A DNA stretch of 57,899 nt, filler included, from Sphacelaria rigidula (Eukaryota): assembly GCA_964200075.2 (NCBI GenBank). It is 4 parts of 4 records of this genome, joined end to end, with 100 filler letters (N's around TTAATTAATTAA, not from the genome) between each part and the next. Parts side by side here need not be neighbours in the genome. Positions count along the whole stretch, not along the records: positions 43,503 to 57,899 come from CAXNAA020002271.1; 3 more parts are not named here. One strand, written 5' to 3'. A program made the position numbers and the translations under genes. The notes beneath the pieces were generated by a model. That model ran no database searches. It saw only the letters and a program-made list of their open reading frames with translations, and had not been told where the DNA came from. Below are positions 49,801-57,899 of this stretch, piece after piece. Every line of letters starts with the position of its first letter. Position 1 is the first letter of the stretch.

Positions 49801-51778
49801 TGTCCACCACTGTATTCTCATTCCCAAAGGAGTTGCGCACATATCATGACCGGACTGAGTACATGCTAGAGGGGCACGGCTTTCGACGTGGGGTTCGGGA
49901 AGTGAGACGCCTGCTCCGTCAATTTTCAGTTCAATCACTGAACATGTGGATCATGTTCGAAAGTTATCGAGAGGCGTCAGAGGCTTCAGGCTGTTTCTGA
50001 GCTTCTAGTGGACTTGCGAAGAATCCTGTGATCATGTTTGTGAGGGATACTTCGAGAGTGCGCATTTCTACGAGAGAAACAAAAACACTGCGAAAGCGAC
50101 GACGACGACGACGACGACGACAACGATAATAACGGCGCCGCCAACACCAACACCAACACTAACAGCAATTGCAACCATCGCCTCTACAAAATGTCCACAG
50201 CGGTACTCACTTCCTCTGAGGATATCGCCCTTGCGTTTGTGCCTGCTGTGAGAACAGCATCGCGGAGTCCTCCGGCGACTGTTCCGCCAACATTACCCCA
50301 CCATCTTCACACGGCGACCCCTCTCCTTGACTCCTCCCTTCACCGCCCTGCCCTTCTCCCTCGCCGTCAGTGTCGTGGTCTACCGAACTCGTCTTTGTTT
50401 CCACCAAACCTCTCCGCGCGTCCGACTGAGAACCTGCGGATGCAGACGTAGCCCCGCTTTCCAGCGATCCCTCTTGACCATTGATGTTGCCATCACCACC
50501 GCTAACCTCTGCGTCTGCTTCGCGATCCGTAAGCGCCGATGGCGGAGAGGCAGGTGCCGGTCTCCCTACTAACCTCGGCGGCGTCGGCCATCTCCAAGGT
50601 AACCCCCCGTCGGTGGACGACCTACTTCCGCCACCGCGACGTTTGGATGGGGGTACCAGCGGTCTACGCTCGTCGTCTGAACCCGATTCCGTCCCCTCGG
50701 CCTTATGAATCCCTGACGAAAAAAGATTATCGCGGAAAATCGACGGCGGTGGGGGTAGAGGACGATGTCTCTTGTTCCCTCGGAGTTTTGCAGAGGACAA
50801 GGAAGAAGCTGCTCTTACGCCCGCGCGTGCCCTACTGCGAGCGTTGGCCGCGGCTGCGGTGCCCCCGTCGTGTGCGCTCCAGGTAAACCTGTGTTTCTCG
50901 CTCCATCCTCGGCCAAACAAAGGCGGGGTCTCCCCAAGGTCATCCTCGCCGGTGCTGTCTATGTCCTCACCGCCGGAGACGTGGGGACGTTCTTCGCCGG
51001 CGCGCTCGCGTTCGAGGTCGCTGTCATTTTCGCTGCTGCTACTACCAATATCGATCTCCATGATGCGGGCAGGCCTCTGAGCAGCGGTTGATCCCGATCC
51101 CGATCCCGATATGTTGTTTCTTGTTTCTGATTCATTTGGCGGGTGAAGAGCATGAGATGTAGATTCATCCTTGGCGATTGTGGGAGAAATCGCTGCGGTA
51201 CTCGAGCTCGCATCACCGTGATCACTTGCACTACGCACGACTTGAAGCAAGTTTGCACCCCGCCCGGGCGCACCACCACCTGCAGCATCAGCGCTATCAG
51301 GCCCCGCATCAATAGCAGCGGCGCTACCTCTATCGGGTTCCCGCCCTTTGCTACTTGCTGCCCCGCTGCCGCTACCGCTGCCGCCGCGGCGCACTCGCCC
51401 ACACCCGCGGCGTCCACGGCCACCGAGATTTGAACGCCCCTTTTTGGCGGCTCCTCGTGTAGCCAGGAAATCCTCGTCATCATCATCCTCGTCTTCATCT
51501 TCTGTGTTGCTCCTGCTCGCATCATCAGGGCGGGATGCGAGATCACCATCTTCGTTCATCAGGAAATCAGGCGCTGGGTTGCGAGCGGCGGCAGCTAAGC
51601 CGCTTGCGGTACGAGGTCTGAGCAGGCGGCCTTTTCGCTTGTTGTTGTGTCCCACGGGTCTTGGAGAGCCGCATGCGTTGCAGACGTTCTCTCTAGATTC
51701 GTTATCAAGCGTGCACATTGGGCATGCCCATTTGCTGCTCCTACCAGCGCCGGCGGCTGATTGGGGCGCGGGTGCCAT
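46851..51778 (-). CDS. Large low-complexity protein with two RanBP2-type zinc fingers; join(51778-50211,49539-46851), ~1418 aa
   Basis: KWACPMCTLDNESRENVCNACG and EWACGRCTYLNRARTRKCEICNE match W-x-C-x2-C-x3-N-x6-C-x2-C. Long open frames (555 and 860 aa). Donor AA|GTGAGT (phase 2) fits acceptor CGCAG|A. Acidic tracts and a basic KKPKKKGRK segment. Confidence 0.85.
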
Positions 51779-52217
51779 GGACAGCGTGTGATAGGTACAG
51801 ACAGTATATGGTGTAACCGCGCAGGTGTACAATAAAGTACGTCCGACCTCCTGGGTGATGATGCCTGTTTTCAAATTTGCTGGGGAGCACGAGCGGCTGT
51901 TGACGCTCGTGACGTTCGTCTCCGTCTAGCTTTTAACAGAAGGCAGAAATCTAGGAACCTGAAGATGACGATCCACTACTATTGTCCATGAAGAACATTG
52001 TGCTCCTTGCTGTCCCCAGCATAGATACTACTGTTCTAACAACTGTCATGCTGCCCGCGAAAGACGAGGTCAATGGAAAATGTTTCTTTTTCATGGAGTG
52101 GATGATGACTAATTGATGCTGTAGAAGAAAAAGGATTGTGTGCTGTTCGCTCGACCAGAAGTGGGTGCCAGTAACGTCGGCTTACGTCGTGGGCGGTGAG
52201 CCAGTCACCCCCGGAAG

Positions 52218-53030
52218 ATGTTTTTCCCTAATATGCACAGCGCGGCAATCATTGCCCTTCTCAGTTCTTCCTCTTCCAGACAGGCTAGTGCCTTCGTGAT
52301 CACTGCGCCATCGCCTCCAACAGCAGCAGCAGCATTTCACGCTGCCGAACGTCGCGAGTTCAAACCGTCACACTCGGAGATTAGGCACCGTCGGCAAATA
52401 CGATGGACACCAACTACCACAGGAGATACTGAATTGCTCGCCGGTCGACCGCGCAACGTGCAGCGAACACCAATGCAGGCATTTTATAGAGGAATTGATG
52501 TTGATTTGGATTATGTTTCGCGACCGGGAAGCAGCAGTAGAAGCGTAGTAGCTAGGGAACGGCACCTTTTAGGGCAACGACGCAGAAACAGTTTTCTCGT
52601 TGCTCCCTGGAGAACACATGTCTCGAACAGCAACCATAATACGGAGATACCACCTCCCAGACCAGCTAGTAAGGAGGTACAAGGGAACCTCACTAAAGAT
52701 ACTGGCGCCAAGAAAGAAGGGCTCAACACGGACACCAACAATGGAAAGCTGAACACCTCTGCTACACGCCAGCACAGCCCTTCAGAACCCCGTGGCGATG
52801 CGGCCACCTCCAGCAACAAACGCTCTGGAAGCGCTCACGCAGGTAACCACAGCAGCAGCAACAACAACAACAACATGGGCGGCATGCTTATTTCCATACC
52901 CATGCAGATACCTGGGATCACAGAGGGTTGGAATAAGTTCACGGGAAATAGCAATGCTACGGCTAAAGCGGCGGTGGCAACTGAACACGCTAGGAATGAG
53001 ATGAGGACGGTGCTCCATGAAAGCAAGAAG
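52218..53030 (+). CDS. First exon of a putative plastid-targeted protein of unknown function
   Basis: Hydrophobic N-terminus followed by RQASAFVIT (ASAF bipartite-signal motif) and a Ser/Ala/Arg-rich transit-like region. The open frame runs to a probable GC donor AAG|GCGAGT. Confidence 0.65.
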
Positions 53031-53817
53031 GCGAGTCGTGAATGTTTTGCTTACAACAGTATTGTAGTCGAGAGTTTTGATGTCGGTAACATGTTACAAG
53101 CGTTGGCTCTACAATACTTGTCACTGTGCGGTCAAATTTGCGCAAGGGCTCGTTGTACAGTAGTTTCATGAAAGATCGTATGATACTTCGAACAGCGACA
53201 CACGCATCTTGCACGCCAAACTACGCCGCGCCTGTACCACAAGGCTTGGTGTCGCCAGCTGTGCTTTGTTGTGCTTAATAGCAGTCTGCGCATTGCTTTT
53301 CAACTAGTCAACAGCTTTTGCGCGAAGCCTGATAAAACCACATCTTTATTTATTTGTTTTTTTGTTGATTTGTTATTGTTTTCTGTTTCGTAGCTATCTC
53401 TTGTTTGTCATCCCATTCAGTGACGATTTCCAGTCATTATGATACCTAATCCATGGGCGTTCCCCTCACGGCCACTGCTCGCTACTGGAGTTACAGAAAG
53501 CCAAGAGGAGTGCTCTCAGGGGACGTTTCCCTATGTCTTCCGACAGATAACGAGTATGCGAAAGCACGTGATGGTCGATGGTGACTATAAAACGCGCCGA
53601 GACCGCGATGGCTTTCATCGTGTTGCGGTAATTGTAATTAGGGCACTGGACTAATAAAAAGGTATACCCTCTCGTATTTTGCTCAAGAAAGCTTCGAAAA
53701 ATTACCAGAAATGCGAAAATTGCAAGACACACAGTCTAGACAGATTTCGCTCAGATTTTTTCACGCGCAACAATCGGCGGGCTCTTGGCATCCGGGCCTC
53801 GAAAAAAAAACAGAAAA

Positions 53818-54398
53818 AAACATGCTACTCGCATGATATGGCCATGCGCAGAAGGACATCTCGCCTCGAGAAACCACTTTCTCTTTCTGGGCCAAAATTT
53901 CGGCCAGGTATATACCTGATCTAGCAATTCTTTTTCAATTGCATCTTATCTGGACCACCAGTCGACCCAGAAAGTACCTGTCCTGAGCCATCGCTTCCCG
54001 CACTGTACCTGATGCGGCGCGCTGCGCGCAAGGGAATCTACGCGCCAACTCCAGCCATGACGCCCACACATTCGGCCGTGGCGTTCGCGCCAGTAACATG
54101 TGGTCGTTGTGGCGTTCGTGAACGGCAATGGGCGGGAAAAGAGCCGAATGTGTGGGCGCCATGGCTGGAGTTGGCGCGTAGATTCCCTTGCGCGCAGTGC
54201 TCAGCATCAGGTACAGTGCGGGAAGCGATGGCCCAGGACAAGTACTTTCCGGGCCGACTGGTGGTCCAGATGAGGTGCGACTGAAGAAGAATTCCTAGAT
54301 CAGGTATACCTGGCCGAATTTTGGCCCAGAAAGAGGAAGTGGTTTCTCGAGGCGAGACGTCCTTCTGTACATGGCCATATCTCGCGAGTAACATGTTT
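53818..54398. mobile_element. Long foldback MITE (~260-bp inverted arms)
   Basis: aaacatgctactcgc...aagggaatctacgcgccaactccagccatg / catggctggagttggcgcgtagattccctt...gcgagtaacatgttt; mirrored ORFs 53935-54207(-) and 54012-54284(+). Confidence 0.9.
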
Positions 54399-55394
54399 TG
54401 TATCGGTGAGTCCACCAAACGTACCTGCTCCGAGGTTATATTTACATATGTGGCGAAGTGCAGACGTGCAGACAGCAGTAGCATTGCGATCAATAACGAC
54501 AATGACATGTATCATGAGAATATTCATGTTCCTTTTTATAATTGCTGGCGCCCCACACGTGATCCCTCCGACCCCCGACCTTCAGGGTATATCACAGTTC
54601 AGGCGGCAGGCGGCTATTATGATACAAAGCTCCTTCGACCGACTGCAACCGGATGAACCCCGACCGAAAAATCAAGCCAAAGAAATAAAAACTGCAGCAA
54701 ATCAAAACATAAAAAGTTCAGGTGCAAGGGAAAAAACACTGAAAGCTCGATTAACCTGGCACGGAGTTGCACCACTCCGAAACCCCGAGAAAATAAATTT
54801 CACGCCATCCGCTATACTAGCTACCTCCCGCCCCCCACTCGTTACGAGAAGCACGTGTCGATCCTCATCCGATAGTCTCTACCGCTATTGCGCCAATTAT
54901 TTTGCAAAAACACTGCCGTGGAGGACTGCAATTACCACAGATGCTGGTTAGAATGCACAAAAATGATGTTTTCGGCGTTTCACGGTAATAGTGTTCCCTG
55001 CCACCGAGAAAAGGCGCTCCGAAGATGCCGAAAAAAGGCCTCATCGCCGGTGAGATTGATGGGATCTGGACGATTCCGGTTTGCTGGAGGGTCCTTGCCG
55101 GCGTTGGCGTTGGCAGTGGTCGAAGACGGCCTGGGGGCGGTGTTGGGGGTGGGCGCAGTCGAAGGCGACTGCTACTGAGACTCGCCTGTGTCCGGGGATG
55201 AAGGTGCCTGGGCGTTGCTCATCCAAGGCTCATCGCGTCAATACTTCACCTCAGTAATAAAAGTATGACAGACGTATACGTGCCCTTTTGTGTACAGTAG
55301 GCGGTCCAAGTTGTTATCGCGCACTGTATAGCACATTGCACCCATATGAAGCTGATATCTTACATGCATCACGTGATGCAGTCATATATACAGT

Positions 55395-55520
55395 GTAGAT
55401 CACCTGATATAGGCAACAAACTGATCAGTATCACCTAATATAGGCCTATATATTACCTGATGTAGACCTATATATCATCTGATATAGGCCTATATATCAT
55501 ATGCCACATATCATATACCC
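55395..55520 (+). repeat. Short tandem repeat of ~TCACCTGATATAGGCCTATATA
   Basis: Four to five degenerate units visible. Confidence 0.7.
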
Positions 55521-55689
55521 TTCTAGTCACATTTTGCTGAAAAAGCTCCATATAGGGTATATGATATAAAGTCATAAAAAAGTATCATCTACCTTCCGAA
55601 AAAACATGACTAAGGTGTATGAAATGCCATATAGTATAGGGGAGTATATATAGGCTAGGCCTATATCTATACCAGGCTCTAGCTGGGAT

Positions 55690-55890
55690 ACCATCCCTTG
55701 CAAAAACAGTGCGCCAAAATATTTTTCGCAGAAACGACTTTGCTTTCAGATTCAAGAAAAACATTACTGTTCTCGTTGTCGGCGGCACATGCAGAGGCTT
55801 AGCACACAACCCTCTAGAATCAGGGGGGAGCCTGAGGAACTAATTCGTTGCCCCCGCACACCGAAGGTCCACAGCTCGAGCCATAGCACG
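55690..55890 (-). repeat. Reverse copy of the internal sequence of the TTAA-flanked MITE (18820-19010)
   Basis: ggcacatgcagaggcttagcacacaa...cctgaggaact...cccgcacacc...cacagctcgagcc matches the reverse complement of 18820-18917. Confidence 0.7.
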
Positions 55891-56827
55891 TTGTAGGTCA
55901 CCTCGGACAAGGTTGTTCCGAATTTGATGAGAAACGATTATTTGTGTCGGACGCGCACCCCACACACGCACCCGAAAAGTCGGGAATGACAAGTTTTCGG
56001 TTGGAAAATGACGCGCGCTGCCGCCGTTCCTCCAATACTGAACGGATTGCTGTCAAACGAAGACGATCGTGTGTAGATGAGCAAGCACTAGCGCTGGAGC
56101 TCATGCGCGTGTGTGGTGGGTGTCTGTGCGTGTTTTTGGAGGGCTCGGCGAGTAGTTGTTGTGCCGCCTTATTTCGTCTATTCTGTTTCTGAACTGTACA
56201 GAGATGTTGAACCAACGACCATTTCGAGAACCGCCCAATTCTTGAACCTGTGCAAATCTGGGGCTCGAGCTGGACAAGGAATGTTTTGGTAGGACTCAAA
56301 CTGCTTTTCATGGATACAAGTTGTTTTCAAAAACGGTCTCGAGAATGAACATCTTATTCGTTTTCGATAAGAACAGGCCTTAACTCCAGTACTTGTGTCA
56401 CCCAAGCAGCTGTTTTTTGTTCATTTCTAGTGGTACACCTAAAATCAATCTGAGGGGCGTGGTGCCTAGCGGGTCGAGATGTAGCGAGTTGCGGCTGTGG
56501 CTGCTCGAGTGGTGACTGCTTCCGTCTGCGTGATCTATCATCTGTACTGCCTTTTCCGTCCCTGGAAACCTCCGACCGTCTCCAGCTCACGTTTCCTTGT
56601 GGACGCGGATCGAAGGCGCGCTCCATCACGTTGCAGTGTATCGTGTTTCGTAACATCACCCACAGTGTGCGAAGACAAGGCCATGTCTCGCGTGTTGCAT
56701 GTCGCGCTGTAGCTCTGTACGTGTGTGCTGTATGCGCGACGCATCGTACACTTCCATTGACTGATAGAAATTTTACCTCTTTCTTCACAGTTGGATTTGT
56801 TGTCGTTATCGTTTTCGTTGTCTTTGC

Positions 56828-56864
<37 letters not shown>
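56828..56864 (+). repeat. (GTT)n microsatellite
   Basis: Directly visible. Confidence 0.9.
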
Positions 56865-57189
56865 GAGTGTTGCTCGGAAATAAAAGATTATTTGGCGACC
56901 GTGCGAAAAAGGTGTGTACTATACTTATTATACTATCAGACTATTACTATTACTACTATTACTACTATTCCATCGCAGTACCCGGTAGTATGCTGGGTTT
57001 TTTTTCATCACTTCACGCACGTCAACCTATTTCGCTCCTCAAAACGCCGACTATACCGCAACATTCTTAAACCCTGTGCCCCATTATCGGGCATCGAAAA
57101 GTACCGTTGGTATGAGACTCGCAACGAGTAACTGAGTTCCAAATCACCGCTTCCCACCCCCCCCACCCACTCCTCCTATATTTGCACAG

Positions 57190-57522
57190 GCTGTACAACA
57201 GCCGCAAAATAGTCGTCCATCACACAAGCCGGAGTCGCTAGATGTACCGCCGGTACCCCAAAAGCGCAGTGGCAATACCACTAGCACCGCTACTACTACC
57301 ACCGGCAAAAGCAGGACAGGCGACGATAAGAGCAAGCGATCTCGATCGCCAAGGAAGAAACGACTTCGAGCGGCGCGGGTCGGGCGGCGCCCTCTGGTTG
57401 TTACGGATGACATGGAGCTAACGCAGATGACGTCGCTGATGGAGGAGGTGTTGGAGAGGGTGGGGGAGAACGAGAGAGAGCTACGGCGATTGAGGAAGGA
57501 GACGTCGATAGCGAAGCCCAGG
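57190..57522 (+). CDS. Probable internal exon (111 codons, coiled-coil-like end), likely belonging to the gene starting at 52218
   Basis: Pyrimidine tract plus TTGCACAG| acceptor; open frame AVQQPQ...MELTQMTSLMEEVLERVGENERELRRLRKE; AGG|GTGCGT donor. Phase 0 is compatible with the 53030 donor. Confidence 0.55.
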
Positions 57523-57899
57523 GTGCGTGATCGGGGATTTTGAAGGGGATTATTTCTGGGGTTTTGTTGATTTTGGCGTTTACAGTTGGTGTGCGTGTTT
57601 GTCTTTGGTTTCGTGTCGCGTGGCTTCAGTACTGTTCGAAGTGGTCATTATCTTCTTGGGATGCGGCGATAGGACCCCCGGACCCCAAAATCGTGGTTCA
57701 TGTACGAGATGGTTCAGCCTAGGATAGGGTTTATGCTCTCAATGCAATATCTCGTCGACGCAGACGAGGTGGGCCGTGATTCGCGTATCGTATTGACCCT
57801 TGTGGGACCGGACCCCCACTAACACAGGGTTGACCCTGTGTTAGTAGAATAATAAAAAATAAGTCTTCAGCGACCTCCCCAATCACAGCGAGGCGAAAT

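Noticed and set aside
54586-54721. Possible extra exon of the gene starting at 52218
   Set aside because: Good acceptor, but no phase-compatible donor to the 57190 exon was identified.

Overview
Eukaryotic genomic DNA, most likely a brown alga or related photosynthetic stramenopile (inferred from kb-scale introns, an ASAF-type plastid-targeting signal and TTAGGG-like repeats). The window is not one locus. Four length-sorted contigs (1-14401, 14502-28902, 29003-43402, 43503-57899) are joined by identical artificial 100-bp N44-TTAATTAATTAA-N44 spacers. Contig 1 holds a 3-exon SDR/carbonyl-reductase-like gene with a GC-AG intron, plus LINE, MITE and hAT debris. Contig 2 is the most interesting. 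It has a spliced ParB/Srx-fold gene (DGNHR motif) divergent from a multi-exon RNase-H-fold transposase-like gene (DGSDQ...MDNC...GHTHDEIDQ, DUF7869/Sola-like) with an extra C-terminal beta-barrel-like domain. This looks like a large intron-rich DNA transposon with ParB cargo, peppered with MITEs and followed by a decayed Ty3/Gypsy element. Contig 3 holds a decayed RTE-type LINE and the 5' seven exons of an ITPK1-like inositol phosphate kinase. Contig 4 holds a ~1418-aa low-complexity protein with two RanBP2-type zinc fingers, head-to-head with a putative plastid-targeted protein, plus foldback MITEs. All family assignments come from motif recognition by eye; no searches were run.
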